NCBI RefSeq assembly: GCF_009914755.1
Contig: NC_060944.1
DNA length: 64,000 nt
Reading direction: 5' to 3' (one strand)
From: the human T2T-CHM13v2.0 reference genome, Homo sapiens
Shown here: positions 43,276-58,386 of the stretch, one piece after another
Position numbering within the stretch: the stretch's first letter is position 1
Layout: every line of letters starts with the position of its first letter
Made by a program: the position numbers and the translations under genes
The notes under the pieces: generated by a model
Databases searched by the model: none
What the model saw: only the letters and a program-made list of their open reading frames with translations
What the model was told of the DNA's origin: nothing

Positions 43276-44729
43276 AGCTTTCTGTTTCTATTATTATTGG
43301 CTCTGAGTTCCTTGAAGGGTAAGTAATGAATAGGATAGAGGACATTGAAAGCTGTGGGTCTAGGAGACCAGAGAATATGAAGATCTGAAGAAGAATCTTC
43401 TAACTAGGTCAGGGCACAGCACACACCCTCACCACCCAGGCTAGTAGTTTGTCAAATCCTTACTCAAATACACATGAGTATCTGAATGCATAGGCACCTT
43501 CCCACCTCCATCCGTTCTGTGCCGTAGTCATCATCATCGACCCTCCATCTCTGGTAGGTTGCACAAGCCCTGCCAGTGAAGTGTAACAGGGTTGGATATG
43601 TAAATTACTTCAAACTAGCAGATCACAAGAGATTTCAGAGATGAAGCACGTTGTTGTTACCAGGCGGCTGCAATTTGACATGAAGCTCCTACCAGTGACA
43701 AACCACTAGTAAGAATTCCATGTGTTTGCTATTCTGAGCATGCAGCAGCTGGAGTAATGGCTGAGAAAGCAGAATAACATGACAGGGCCATATGAAATCA
43801 GATATTTTAAATACTGTGTTTCAAGACCTCAGGAGGTGGATCATGATAAGCTCTAATTTGAACTGCTGATATAAGGTGGAAATCAACCTCTTTTGAAAGT
43901 TTTTTACTAAGGTATATTTCACTTAGCTTAAGAATCAATAAACAATAAAAATAATTATTGTAAGAGAAAAAGTAATCAACCCCAAGAGCAAAAGAAAATG
44001 AACAGCAGAAAAGGAAAAGCGAATATTTTAGCTATAGTTTCCTATAAGCGCATTTAAACCTCTTGGTTGTAGTTGGTCTTTAACATTCTGAGGAATTGTT
44101 TCTATTTCTCATGGAAGATGGTGTAATGAAGGTATGAAAGGCTCCAGGAAAAGCTATGCTCAAGTTTTTTAGAGAGACAAAAAGAGCCTGGCATAAGAAC
44201 TAAGACTTCATATTTCACAAGGATTATGATGCTTTTACAAAATAAATATCATTCTAGAAGCAAAGATAAAAAGTAATAAATTTAGCAAAATAACTGTTGA
44301 AGGTTGACTGAGCTGAAGGAACTATGCAATTAAGGATTATTTAATTTAACAGGACTGCCTTTGAGGAAAACAATGTTGGGTGAGTGCTGGAGAAATTGAC
44401 CCAGCTATGATACCATTTGACTTCAAAATTGTTTACATGCCATGTGAAAAGCCCAGCGCAGAGGCAAGGAGAAAGCCCTCTGACCCTTAAAGCATTTCCC
44501 AATGAGCCATTTTAACAGAACCTCTCTGCAAATGAGCATTTCTAAGGGGACACAATTCCCCTGCCCTCCATCTGGAGGAGGAAATGTGAAATCTTGTTTT
44601 CCCTGCGGAGCTGCTTCCGCTCAGTCACCACCAAGCTCTGCAACTCATGGCTCTGCCCCCAGCCTCTGTCCCTCTTCCACCTCCTGCTGCCTCCTTCCCA
44701 GCAAGAATTCCATGTTTTCACGTATAACC

Positions 44730-45437
44730 TGTACGTGAAAAAAACAAAAACGTGTTTTTCCTCTGCTCTCACAACAATCACCAACACAGAAGCCTTCTGT
44801 GACCAAATGTGTGGGGTTTTTCCCCACACACCAAGTAGTGGACACCAGCTGGGCATCCTCCAGCTCAATTCCCACAGGGTGAGGGCTGAGTCTCACAAGA
44901 CTGCCCCCACCCCCCCCCCCCACCTTCCCACTAGGGCCGCAAGTCCCGGCCTCCGGATCTGCTGACAGACCCGGCATCAAGTGGGGGTTCCCACAGCCCC
45001 TTCTTCGAGTTCAACTAATTTGCTAGAGTAGCTCACAGAGCTCAGGGAAACACAAATATTTATTGGATTATTGTAAAGGATATTGCAAAGGATACAGATG
45101 AAGAGAAGCACAGGGGGAGGCCAGCTTCCAAGAAGCTTTCTGAATGCAGGCCTTTGGCGTGTTTGTGGAAGCTTCATTACCTAGGTCTGCCTGGTCAAAC
45201 CATTGGCTATTGGTGATCAACTTAACCTTCAGCCCCTCTCCTGTCCCTGGAGGTGAGACAGTGGTCAAAGTCCCAGTCCTCTAATCCTGCCTTGGTCTTT
45301 CCTGTAACCAGGGACTGCCAGCTGTCAATCAGCTCATTAGCATGCAGAAACATCACTTTGGAGATTCTAAGGATTTTTGGAGTTGTATGGCAGGAAACAG
45401 GGTTAAAGACCAGGTATATGTTTCATAATATATCACA
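44730..45437 (-). mobile_element. MER21-family solo LTR
   Basis: cttctgtgaccaaatgtgtgggg...ggacaccagctggg...aatttgctagagtagctcacaga...atatcaca; TSD taacc/taaca. Confidence 0.85.
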
Positions 45438-45469
45438 TAACACCTCCTTTGCGTATTCCTCATTTCTCT

Positions 45470-46500
45470 TGCCTGGTCTCTCTCAGGGCACTCCCCGAAC
45501 TCAACCCCAACCCCTGCTGAAGCACACTTCCCCTGGGCTGTCCCTGCACCAGGCAGACGGACATGGCCAGGAAGACCACGGCATCCTTAAGGGATTCACG
45601 GCTGTCGGTCTCGAGGGGTCCAGCTCCCTTTCCGTAGTCCATCCACACACCTCTTCGGATCCATCTTCGACATACTTGTTTTTCAAATTACATTTTTATA
45701 TGCATAGGAGTGAAGGAGAGTTTGGGGAACTAACACTGCTTTGGTATTTCCTTTCTTCTCCTCTCTGATCCTATCCTCTTTCATTTCATTAAAACGCTCT
45801 GACAGCAGCTTTTCTAAATTGCTTTCACAACCCACTAATGGGCTTTGAAAAAAACATGCCCTGAATGATTGTTCCACTCCGACTCTCCCTTCTCAAGCCT
45901 CCTGCCTCCTCCTGCCTCCTCTTGCCCTCCTCACTCTCTCGTTATTTTGAGACAGGATCTTGCTCTGTTGCACAGAAACTAGAACTAATCTGCAGAACTT
46001 CCATGACTCCCAAACACTACCAAGCCACCTGCATGCCGACTGTAGGCTCCAGCTCCCTCCTGCTTCCGTGGATAGAACAGATGCGCGCTCTCAGTTATGC
46101 AGTCCACCCAGGCTTCTCTCAGATACTCAAGGGCATTACTGCAGCAATTGTCCCGCTCTTTGCTGGGTCACCAGTTTCTCACCCTGTTTCCTGGGTCATT
46201 TCCATCCAGCTGGATTCATACTGTAGTATGGCCCAACTTTAGAGAACCTTCTCTTGACTCCACTTTTACTTCCAGCTCCCACATCTTTTCTCAGCTTTCA
46301 TTTTACAAAGAACTCTTTACGAGTGCATCGGTGCTCACTGTCCCCAAGTCTCTTCCTCCACTTCTTCCGTTGTACCACTCTAGCCAGGATACTGCCCCCT
46401 GAACTGATTTTGTCAAGGTCACCGATGACCCCCCTGTTTTCAAATCCAGTGGTCAGTCTTTGATCCCCATATGATGTGATTTTCTAGCAGCATCTGACAT
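45470..46500 (+). mobile_element. Degenerate L2 fragments
   Basis: ttgtcaaggtcaccgatgacc...caaatccagtggtc...gcagcatctgaca. Confidence 0.55.
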
Positions 46501-46979
46501 TAAACCAAGGATGGGGCCCTTCTGAATGCAGGGCCCTGTGTGACTGAACAGTTTGGGTGCCACGAAGCCAGCCCTGGAACCATGCTGATCTTGGGTTTCA
46601 TGTCACAAGAGACACAAGCTTCCACTGACAAGCACTCCAAGATCCCAAGGAATAATCCCAGCAGCTAAAAGGGTCCCGGCACTGCCTGAGCCAGACCTCT
46701 GTTCAGGACTTCACATGGCTGCCTCATCTCAGAACCCTGACCAGCCTGTGAGATGATCACTTCGTGCCTCATCCCCCTGGTATGCATGAAGTCGTTTTAT
46801 GCTTTTTTCCCCAAATTATAGAAACTGAGGCACAGAGAGATGGAGTGATTTGTCTGTAGTCACAAAGCTTGAAAGTGGGGAAGCCACAATTCACTCCTGG
46901 TCTGTCAAACACCAGGACCTACACTTGTAGCAATGACTCTGTAATAACCTCAGGGTGTCCCTGTGTAGAAATACAGGCA

Positions 46980-47398
46980 TGCATTAATTTTCTAGGGTTG
47001 CTGTAACAAAATACCACAAACAAGGTGGCTCGAAACAACAGAAATTTATTGTCTCACAGTTCTGGAGTCCAGAAGTCTGAAATCAAGGTGTTGGCAGGGC
47101 TGTGCTCCCTCTGACGGTGGTAGGGAAGGAGCTGTTCCAGGCCTCCCGGCTTCTGGAAGCCTCAAGCATGCCTTGTAGATGCATCCCTCCAGTCCTCCAT
47201 GCTCACACATTCTCCCTGAGTGTCCTCACATCGTCCTCCAGGTTTCCCCTTTCCTGTTGGATTGGGGCTCATCTGATGACCTCATCTAAATTAGTTAAAT
47301 CTGCATAGACCCCATTTCCAAATAAGGTAATATCCAATGCTAGTAGGGGTGAGAACTCCAACATATCTCTTTGTGGGGACACAATTCAACCCATAACT
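46980..47398 (-). mobile_element. MLT1B/C MaLR solo LTR
   Basis: ctagggttgctgtaacaaaataccac...aacaacagaaatttattgtctcacagttctgg...ggggacacaattcaacccataac. Confidence 0.88.
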
Positions 47399-48639
47399 AG
47401 GTGTAAAATTAGAAACTGATGAGATATCCAGGAAGTGTGACCAGTGCACACAATCAGAAAATAGAGTCAGGCATTCTCAGCAGTAAATAGCTATTCCAGG
47501 TCAAAGGGCTGGGTGTGAGTTGCCTCCATCTTGTCTTGTTCTGCTGTTGTTGGGGAGGCCTTAGCACCTTCTGAGGTGGGTGAAAGCAGAGAATGGGAGC
47601 TGAAGGCTTAAAGAAAGGGCCAAGCGAGGTGGGTGGTTCCTGAGCTTTGATTTGGTGGCGTGCTGTCTATTAGACCACCCTGACTGGTTTCTGTGATCTC
47701 TCCATGGTACTGCTGAGTGCCAGGTACATCTCTTTGGAGGTATTGATGCTTAATGAACGGCAGCTTCTCCTTCCTGCTGGCTGAGGTGCATGAGAGGCCA
47801 AATGACTGTATTTGGGAGATGTGCGGTACAATTTCAAAATGCCTGATAATACAGTGATCTGGTTACAATCACTATTAAAATCACATCATGGATTGTGATA
47901 ATAAAAATAAAATAATATATACTAGATGATAAATATTATAAAATATTATATATATATAATAAAGATAAAGGAAATATGTTTAGCTTCATATAAAAATCAC
48001 CATCATGCCCTTGATTTGCCCCTGACCAGCACCCAGTTCCCATGACCTTGGAGCTTCCTGCATTCTGACCCTGAGCTTCTGTCCCATGGAGCAACTGTGT
48101 TTATGGGCTGTCAACCAGCTACCATAGGCAGGGGATGGAGGCCTTTATAGGCTCCTCTCTTTTATCTCACAGGGAATTTTTCAAGACAGAGCTCAGGTTT
48201 CTGAACTCAACTTACATAATGCATCTAAAATGACATAAATATGAATGTATCTCACCTATCACCCCCGAGCAGCCAAGTACCAGTTCACTGAATCAGGAGA
48301 GAGCCCTGGGATTGCTGAAGAGGGCAGGATGATGGAGTTGCATAAAGAACTCAACACAACCCAACTCTGATTTATGTCTCCAAAGGAAGTCAGATAGGAA
48401 TGTGAACTGGGCACATAGTATTTTTCTTACAGGAGCATATAATAAAAGCAATATTTTTGCAACTAGAGAAGAAGCGGGAAAAAGATCAAGAGTCAGAGAT
48501 TGCAGAGAGGAATTCCAAGAGGAATCTTTAGTCAGAAAAAGCCATGAGTCTCTCTTGTCCTCTGCCACTGTGGCATGTAAAGGAATTGAAAATGCCTTGA
48601 GAAAATTATTCGTATTCTAGAAAAAGGACACAAGGGAGT

Positions 48640-49270
48640 GGGATCCATGCATTTGCTCATCAAATCACTATTGGGTACCAATTGTGTTGTCAGGCACTGA
48701 ACAGGCAGGGTACCCGCTTTGTACTTCCCTGAATCTCCATGGCCATTGTCCCATTCCAAGCCATTGTTCTCTCTTGTGAATAGGATGATGTAATAGGATT
48801 TGGTGTTACAAAGTTCACCCTGACTGCTGATCACAGACAGCATTTCAGTGGAGCAAGAGTGGCCTCAGTGAGACCAGATAGGAGAAGACTGTGATCATTC
48901 AGAAACTGGTCCCTGGCTAGAGGAAAGAATTGGAGGCAAAATTTGGAGAATGACCCAGCAAAGCTGTGGTGAATTAGATGTGAGGAGAGCAGAAGAGTCA
49001 AGGATGGCCCATTACTGACCACCCACATTCATGGAGGCATTATTTAAGGAGATGATCAATCTGGTAGGAAAAGAAGCCAGAGCAATACAGAGTTCCACTT
49101 CGTATGTGTTAAGTTTGATGAGCCTGTGAAAACCCAAGGAGGTGTTAAATATCTGGGAGTCTGGAGCTTGAAAGAGAGCTTTGGGCTACAAATGCATTGG
49201 TAGCAGTTTTCAGAATATAGAAAGCCTAAAGAGGATAAAATTGTCTAAGAAAAGGATATGGAGATGTTAT
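48640..49270 (-). mobile_element. L2 fragments
   Basis: catttgctcatcaaatcactattgggtacc...; gagttccacttcg...atgtgttaagtttga. Confidence 0.55.
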
Positions 49271-49569
49271 CCTAGGGTTAACTCGTGTAATAGGATGGCA
49301 ATAAGTGCAAAATTTTATGTTGCCAACTATGGTCTCCAAAGTCTGTGAAAACGTGGCAGTGCAAAGGTTGACTGCTGGTTCATTTCACTAAATTGCGTAT
49401 CTTCCCTGCAAATGGGGCCCCCATTGAAGTCGGTATTTTGGATGTTAGCATCTGGCTCCCTCAACTGCAGAGGATTTCTGACTGGTGGAGGTATGCCTAC
49501 CCTTCCAATTTGGGGCTGAGGACACCACCTGATTTCAAAAAGAGACTGTAGATAGACTGCTGAGAGGTG

Positions 49570-49810
49570 ACATCACTAATTTATTAAGCACATGTGTGTC
49601 ACTCATATACTTGCCACAGTCCATGTGCTATTTATTGTATACTTACACCAGTCTTGAAGATGAGTATTTTTACCCAATTTACACTGGAAAAACAGAGGCT
49701 TAGAGAACACAAGCATTTGCTGAAGTTCATGTTAATCAGTGGTAGAACAGGTCTTGGACCAGCTCTGTCCACTGACAGAGTCCAAACTCCTAAGTGCCAA
49801 GCTGTACTGC
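49570..49810 (-). mobile_element. MIR
   Basis: cccaattttacactggaaaaacagaggcttagaga core. Confidence 0.7.
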
Positions 49811-50105
49811 TTCTCCCAAAGCAAACAGCCTAAGGAGTATGTCCGCCCCAGGGCCCTCCATTGCTTAGCTGAGTATGGGACTCAGCTGCAGTTAGGAGCC
49901 TCACCCTCCACAGGCTGTCAGAGCCTCCGGCTTCGCTCCACCCAGGCAATCTGGTTTTACAGTTTCCTTCTCAAATAGAAATACTAATACTAACAAATAT
50001 TTTTGTGATGTGTATAGCTTATTAAAGACTTACCCAGGCGTTCTCTGGCCTCAATCTTTTATGTGCCCTAAAGTCAACCATTAACTTCTTTTCATTTCCT
50101 TGGTA

Positions 50106-51071
<966 letters not shown>

Positions 51072-52404
51072 GATAAAATAGGAAAAGGAGTGAGGGAGGA
51101 AGGAGGAGGTGTTCAGGGGCGGGTCCATCCGGGAGGGAATTGTTTTATCCTGGCTTCTCCCTCCATCCTTCATGGTAGAGTGTTGGTCTTTTTAAATGTA
51201 GGAGGTTTAGAAGAACTGTGTGCTCAGGGCCAAAGAACACAGGGAAGGGCACAGGTGGAACCCCTGGAAATCTCAGGGGAAGAGACTCCAAGTCCCTGAA
51301 TCTCTTTCCCTCTTCACCCCACTAGGCCCCTTCTGCTTCATGCTCATCTGCCCCACTGGGGCCTTTGGAGCAGGGTCCCACCTATCGAGAAGCCTGGGGT
51401 GGGGTAGCCCCAATGTCTCTTACAAAGAAACATGCTGTTTCAGAACTTCAGCTCTGCATTCTTCCACATTTCCCCTCCATGCCAGGAGATTAAAATTCCA
51501 CACTCCAGTTACTATAAAACTGACCCATGGGATTTAATAGGCTTTTATAAATTGTTGATAGACCTGACCTCCCTGTCGCCTCATGGTTCCAGGAAATGAC
51601 CATTTAAAACGAATTCTTCAAGTAAACGGGGGCTCTCTTTCTGCAGAGCAGAGATGTTCGCCATGATTTTTCTTATACTAGTTTGTATTCATTTCTGGCT
51701 GAGACGAGATCTTCCTTATAATAAATGGGATTTTCTATTCACATGGAATTTTTAATTTCTCTGGTTTAGTTTTCATTCCAGACGAATTGTGAAATGCTGT
51801 GAATAAACACTCAAAACACTGGCGTGGAGCAAAGGCTTGTGTTGTGGCCTTCCTGGTTTTTTAATTTTGCCATTTTTAAAAGTCAAATGTCACTTTTTTA
51901 GGAGCCACCAAAATGTAATTGAATTTTGGGAGGCTTTGGGTGTGTGATTACAATCAACACATGCTACAATCCACAGTCTTACTGGTGTGTTCCAAATCCA
52001 AGGAAATTCCTAAAAAGGCTAACGATGCTACAGAAGCTGTATTTTCAAAGGAGGAAAAAAGCATGCCTTTGTTTGGAGTCCACCTGAATATATTTTCATT
52101 TGCTTGGGAAGGAAAAACTAAGTCCCCTGATACAGAAGAGGTAACTTTAGAAATGCAGAGGGCGTTGCCCCGGGTGTTTATAAATTGCCTACATGCATAG
52201 GGCTCCCTGCCAGGTGCCACAGAAGAAACAGAGTGTTTAGGGTTCAGACAAGATGGCAAATTCCAGTTGCATGAACATTTACATAGACTCAGAATTTGAG
52301 ATAACAAAAGACCCTAAAAATCACTGAATCATGTCACCCAATTTTACAGAAGGAGACACTAAATCCTAGAAATGTCAAAGTATGTGCCCAAGTCCTTGTA
52401 ATTA

Positions 52405-52650
52405 GAGCATTTATTATTTTGGCACTGTTAGTTGTGTGTGAGGCACTGTGGTGGGAACTTTATCTACTTTATTTGGGGTACTCACAGTTTTGTGGGGTGA
52501 ATGCCTTGATCCCCACTTTACAGATGGGCAAACAAATGCTCTGAGAAGTTAAGTGAACTGGTCCCAAGTCACAAATCCAATAAGTACTGCCAGAGCCAGG
52601 ATTTGGAACCAGAAGTGCTGACTGCAAAGCCCAGCATAGACTTTCCATGA
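52405..52650 (-). mobile_element. MIR
   Basis: ccccactttacagatggg...gagaagttaagtgaact...aagtcaca...agagccaggatttg. Confidence 0.8.
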
Positions 52651-53369
52651 CACATCCCAAACACGGGCTGATTCTTAGCTTGGAGCAGACGCTGGGTAGG
52701 GAAAACCCTGAGCTTCTTTGGGGCCAGGAACTGGGCCACACCAAGTAATGGGGCAGTGGGCTGGGGACATTTGGAGGAAGGACACCTGTTCTGAAGTTAG
52801 GGAACTTCTGGGACCTCGGAGGGCCCTGTGGGGTACAAAGAAGGAAAGCGAGGCCCAGAGACACCACCTGAGTTGCCTTGCTAGTGCCTGGGACTGTATT
52901 CCTGGCCCCCCAACCACTACAACTCCTGGGATTCCCCTTCTCCATTTCCTTACAGCCAAAAACCAGCGTCGGAGCATCTGGGTCCTGACTCAGAGTAGAG
53001 TTTGGACTTAGAACATCACTAAGTCAAAAGGTAGAAATGTCCACAAGGAAATTATAAGTAACTTAAAAGAGAAAATAAGGCCATGTGGGTGATCCCACGA
53101 GAGCAATAATGGTAGTGACGGGAGGATTTATCTTCTTGGATCATCACAAATCTGTAAAAAGGAGACTGAGCCATATTCCTTGCAATTCCAGGTCCAGCTC
53201 AGAAAGATGTCTCAGTGAGAGGATTGGAGGGTGTTTGATTTCTGGCTCAGTTCTCACCTAAATCCAGCCAGTTTTATATAGCAAATGCTGTGTCCTGTGT
53301 GTCAAAGTGATACCAGGCATTCAAAGCACAGATTAAAAAAAAAATCCTCCTAATTATTAATAGTGTCAT

Positions 53370-53600
53370 TAATACTTACTGAGTGCTACCATGCCCAGGT
53401 GCTGAGCTAAGTGCTCTTCTCTGGGCCAGGCCCTGGGCTGGGCATCCCAGAGAGATCATCTCAACTCATTCTTACAGCACAGTCCTCAGGGCACGGGTCA
53501 CTAGAACTGTACCTCAGCGGGGTATAGCTAACTTGCTTAGGATCCCAAGATGAGAGAACGTGGAAGCTGGGATTTGAATAAGAAATGTGTTCAAATTCCA
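53370..53600 (-). mobile_element. MIR (degenerate)
   Basis: acttactgagtgctaccatgcccaggtgctgagctaagtgct. Confidence 0.6.
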
Positions 53601-54406
53601 GGATCTATGTTGACCCCTAGGATGAAAAATTGATTCATTCTGGCCGTGCTTGTCAAATTGTAGCCAAGCAGAGAGCCTCAGATAAGTGTCCCCAGACCCA
53701 AGCACAGGAAAAACAAGTATTAATATTTTTCTTGCTTGAACACTTTGAGATTTTCTAAAATAAGACTTTCAGTGGTTAGACAATCTAGTCATGCCATGGC
53801 TTTCAAAAGTATACCATGTATTGCTTACAGAGCTCGAGTTAGTGCGATGGATGTGGTTTTTATTGTTACCAGCATGTTTTGTGCCTCCGGGGAAAGAATA
53901 CATGAAACCTGTGGTTTGCCTAAGCATAGCAAAATCAGCCTATTTCTGGAGGTCAGCGTGTTTGCCCTAAAGAAGCGATATTATGGCTTCTGTAATAGTT
54001 CAATCATTTCCTTTCTGCTAGCACCTCATTAACAGATAATAGCTTTTATTTCTGATTATAAAGACAATATCTACTCATTGTATATGATTTGAACCGTTCA
54101 GAAAAATACAGAAACAAAAATACAAAACACCAATGCCTCATTGACTCAGCTCTTGGTCCAGAGTGTAATGTGATTCAGAGCATGAATTGTTAATGTGGGA
54201 GATATTCCTTGAGAAATTTCACTTATCATGAAGGCAGCTATATAATTTTAAGGCTGCATTTGCCTAGAATTCAGTTAAAAGGAAAGCATTAAAATAGCAA
54301 GGGAATAATCATGACCTAGGGTTGTTTGTGAAGACAGCTTCCGATAGTGGTCCCGAATTGATATGTTTTGAAGAAGCAGTGCCTCTTTAAAAATACAATC
54401 ACAAAG

Positions 54407-54522
54407 GACCAGCGTGTCCCATTCTCTGCTCAGATGTCACATGCCCTGCTACCCACTGAGATAAGAGACCAGGGTGTCCCATTCTCTGCTCAGATGTCAC
54501 ACGCCCTGCTACCCACTGAGAT
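54407..54522. repeat. Two-copy tandem duplication, period 60 bp
   Basis: gaccag(c/g)gtgtcccattctctgctcagatgtcaca(t/c)gccctgctacccactgagat twice. Confidence 0.95.
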
Positions 54523-54679
54523 CTGGATGTAATGAGCTTCTCTTAAAGTAGAGCAAGCCAAGTGGGACTCAAGGGTCTCACCATGAGTCCACCCAGCAGC
54601 CAACACTGTGTTAGTGGAAATGCCTAGTGCTCAAGAATATGACTGGTGCTGAAACGAAAGGCCAGATGGAGAGGTGGGA

Positions 54680-54910
54680 CAGTGTGGTGAATAAAAACAC
54701 ATGTTCTGGAGCTAGGTGGCCTCTGTTGCAACCCTCGTGAATCTACTTACAAGCTGGGGATTTCTGGGCAAACTAATTAACCTCTCTGGGCTTCAGTTTC
54801 TTCATATGTAAAATGAAAATAAGAATAGCACCTGCTTCAAAGGAGAAGATTAAAGGAGCTATGCCACATAATACTTGAATTTAACTGGCATGGGGTGTGC
54901 ACTCAGCATT
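54680..54910 (+). mobile_element. MIR
   Basis: ttaacctctctgggcttcagtttcttcatatgtaaaatg. Confidence 0.8.
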
Positions 54911-54914
54911 TGTG

Positions 54915-55340
54915 CTGTGGCTTTACATGTAACAAGGTAAATAATAGAGGTCTTGAAGAATAGGAAGGAAGTTCATTTTATTTTAGTTCTCCTAGTAATA
55001 GAGAGATGAAAGAGTGGTTGCAGCGAGCCACTAAACCCACAACCACCACATGATCTTGGTTGGGTGGCTCTTCTCCAGGTGATAATGCAGGGATCCAGGC
55101 TGTTTTAATCTTGTATCATGTCATCTGGAACATATAGTTTACAAGGCTATTGCAGAAAGGGAGAGAAGGCTGGAGACACGTGACCTCACTTTAAATGCCA
55201 TGAGTGAGGGTGGCATATGTCACTTCCATCCATATTTTACTGGCCCAAACTCAGTCACATAGACCCTCCCCAATGCAAGAACATCTGGGACATAGAAGAC
55301 ACGTGGATGGATGCTCAGTGGGCAGTGACTACATGTTGTA
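54915..55340 (-). mobile_element. Old MLT1 LTR
   Basis: tcacttccatccatattttactggcccaaactcagtcacat. Confidence 0.5.
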
Positions 55341-55532
55341 AGGAGTGTGTAGAATTCGCTTATTATTGCCAAGAAAGAGAACATCGATAATGACTTTGCA
55401 ATAGGTGACTTTCTGGAGGTTAGGAAATCTCCTTGTATCCTGGCTTTGGGGATCTGTTTAGAAAAGCATGAGTGTTGCATCATTCAGGAAATCTGACATC
55501 TGCGTACCCTTTACCAAGTGACACGATTTCTC

Positions 55533-55763
55533 TGCTCACTGCAACCCCCGTCTTCTGGGTTCAAGTGATTCTCCTGCCTCAGCCTCTGAAATAGCTGGGA
55601 TTACAGGCACCCACCACCACAGCTGGCTAATTTTTATATTTTTAGTAGAGACGGGGTTTCACCATGTTGGCCAGGCTGGTCTCAAACTCTGGACCTCAAG
55701 TGATCCACCTGCCTTGGCTTCCCAAAGTGGTGAGATTGAAGGCCTGAGCCACAGCGCAAGGCC
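55533..55763 (-). mobile_element. Alu (AluS), 3'-truncated
   Basis: Lacks the tail and distal right arm. Confidence 0.92.
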
Positions 55764-56318
55764 TATTTAGCAAGCTTTTTATGAGTGAGGCAAAGAGCTA
55801 TGAAGGAAGATTATACACTTTTTTTTTTTTTTTCAAGAAAAGTATTTCCAGGTATCCATCTGTGGCCAATCTTCATTAACCCAGTGCTTGCAATTACTGT
55901 GCCCCCTACAGCTAGGAATACGAAACCTAAAACATATGTACTGAAGGTTATTGATGACCATGCATCGTCAAAGAATGGTTCCATTTCCCATGGTAGGTTA
56001 CTAAGGTAGTGTAATTTGGCTTTACATTTTAAGTTAAGCGCTAATTGAAAAATCTGTTTTATTGTTTGAGGTGTTAATGACAAGACAGTTAACCCTTCCT
56101 TATCTGGGCTTGCACATGACCAGGGTCCACAGGCCCGTATCAGACAAAGATGAATGGAGAATTATTCATGAAATATCCAATGGATTGACCACACTAGATT
56201 GGTCTGTCTTTCCCACTAAAACTCTTGAAGGAAAGGTCCAGATCAAGCCTATATGTTCCTTGCCATATGCGTAGCACCTAAGCCAATGTCAGGCATGAGA
56301 TACGTATTTTAAAATGTT

Positions 56319-56608
56319 AGCCAGCCGTGGTGGCTCACGCCTGTAATCCCGGCACTTTGGGAGGCTGAGGTGGGTGGATCACATGAGGCCAGGAGTTTGA
56401 GATTAGCCTGGCCAACATGGTGAAACCCCGCTTCTACTAAAATTACAAAAATTATCCAGGCGTGGTGATGCACGCCTGTAGTCCCAGCTACTTGGGTGGC
56501 TGAGGCACAAGAATCACTTGAACCTGGGAGGTGGAGCTTGCAGTGAGTTGAGATGGACTCCAGCCTGGGCGACAGAGCGAGACTCTGTCTTAAAAAAAAA
56601 AAAAAAAA
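56319..56608 (+). mobile_element. Alu (AluS)
   Basis: TSD ttaaaatgtta. Confidence 0.95.
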
Positions 56609-57589
56609 GATAACTATTAAAATGTTATTATTGAATAACAAAGTTTAAAAATAACGGCTGATTTAATTAACTGATGTCCCCAAGAATTGGAAAAAGCCTG
56701 ATTCTACCTGTAAATGTGCATCTTCTCTTGTGTTCTAAATGCCTCCCTTCCTCCTACTTGGCATGAACCAAACTCATCAGCTTCATGTGCTAGTCTGGCC
56801 TCTTCTAAAGCATCACTCAAGTTGATCTGTCCCTTGTCTTAATTATTAAGGTATTTCCTACCTGGTACAGAGATGTATTGACTTCATGGCCATTCAACAG
56901 GTGTTTGACGGTTTGACTGCATCCCCTGCCTACCTGTATGCTGGCTGTCCAGCTCAGGCCTGCAACAGGAGGAGCCTAGAATGCCTAGCAGCTTTGGACA
57001 GTGAGTGTCTGAAGACAAGCTTAAACCATTTCCATCTCTCTTAATATGTGACCCCACCCAGGAATTCAAAGCAGCGGCCGCCTATGGTCAGTGGTGGGTT
57101 CTCTTGAGTGCCCCACGTTGGTGGTGGGTGGGAGTCTATAAATCCCAGCTCTCGCTCATCCTGGTGGTAGTGTGTTGCTGTATCAGATCATAACACAACA
57201 AATATTTGTTATATTAGAGTTGTAACTGGAAAAACTTTCTGTGTTTAACAGGGTTTATATTCATACGGTTTTCTCAAACTAAATTCCTGCTCATTTATTA
57301 ATCCCACAAACATCAGCAGAGAAGTTACTGTGTGCACAGGCCTTTGTCATGGACTGTAGATGGCCTTCCCCATCACTGCCCCTTTGAGTCTCAGCCATGC
57401 CACACCAGGGTTCTCTGCAAACTCTCATCAGGGCCTTCTCCTGAGCTTCCCTAGACCCCCAGGTTTTTGGGCGTCCCCTCTCATTCCTGCCCTGTTTGGA
57501 TGGGGACCCAGCTGGGGCTGTCTCTGACCTGGGTGATTCCTGTCCAGGCAAAGGCTCTGGGTGGCTGGAGGTGAGGCCCTGAGCTGGGG

Positions 57590-58085
57590 AGCTGTCTGGA
57601 TCTGAATTCCTCCCGAAGCCGGCTCTGAACAAGGATTTGATTAGAATGCAAGTAGTTGATGGGGAAGGCGGTCCCAGGAAACCCCTAGGAAAGTGGGGAG
57701 GTGAGGCAAGGGAGGGAGGCAACAATATGGAGTGTATTATCAATAATTTACCCCATGGACAGCTAGAGCTTACCCCTGCCGGGAAGCTGACTATCCCACG
57801 AGGGGTGGAGGTGTGGGAGGTGCAGGGCAGGTGTTCACACTCGCTCTCATCAGTTGTAGATTGAGGGCTACTGGGGTCTGGGAACTGATTCCCAGCATTT
57901 CAGGCCTCTCCCTGGGAAAAGCTCATTCCAAGAGCCAGAGGAACCCTCAGGCAAGGAGACGGGGATGCTGGCTGTGTGGAGTCCAGCAGGCTGTCGTGGA
58001 AGAGGGGACACGAGCAGCACCTGCAGTGTCTACTCCAGGGCCGAGGCCAGGTTAGCACAGTGAGACACTGACGGACACAGTGTGT
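57590..58085 (-). mobile_element. LTR33-like ERVL LTR
   Basis: gaagccggctctgaacaaggatttg...atgcaagtagttgatgggg...cccaggaaac. Confidence 0.55.
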
Positions 58086-58356
58086 CAGAGCAGGGCTGGC
58101 ACGTGGCACCGGATGGCGCTGCTTGAAATTGGCCAATTGCCTGCTACCCCAAGGCAACTGGAAAATCACATGCGGCTTTGCCAGCAACTCCTGCAACCTG
58201 TAGTTTTATTCAGGACAGCAGATGCTATCAAGGGTGCTGTGCCCTTTGCTGATGCAGTTGATGTAGGAAGTTTGCTTGTTTTGGTGATGGCTGATGATAT
58301 CTAAGAATTGTAGCTTCAAGTATGCTATAGTGGTCAGAAAGGAATTTAAACAATTA

Positions 58357-58386
58357 TGTGTGTGTGTGTGTATGTGTGTGTGTATG
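58357..58386. repeat. (TG)n microsatellite
   Basis: Interrupted TG run. Confidence 0.9.
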
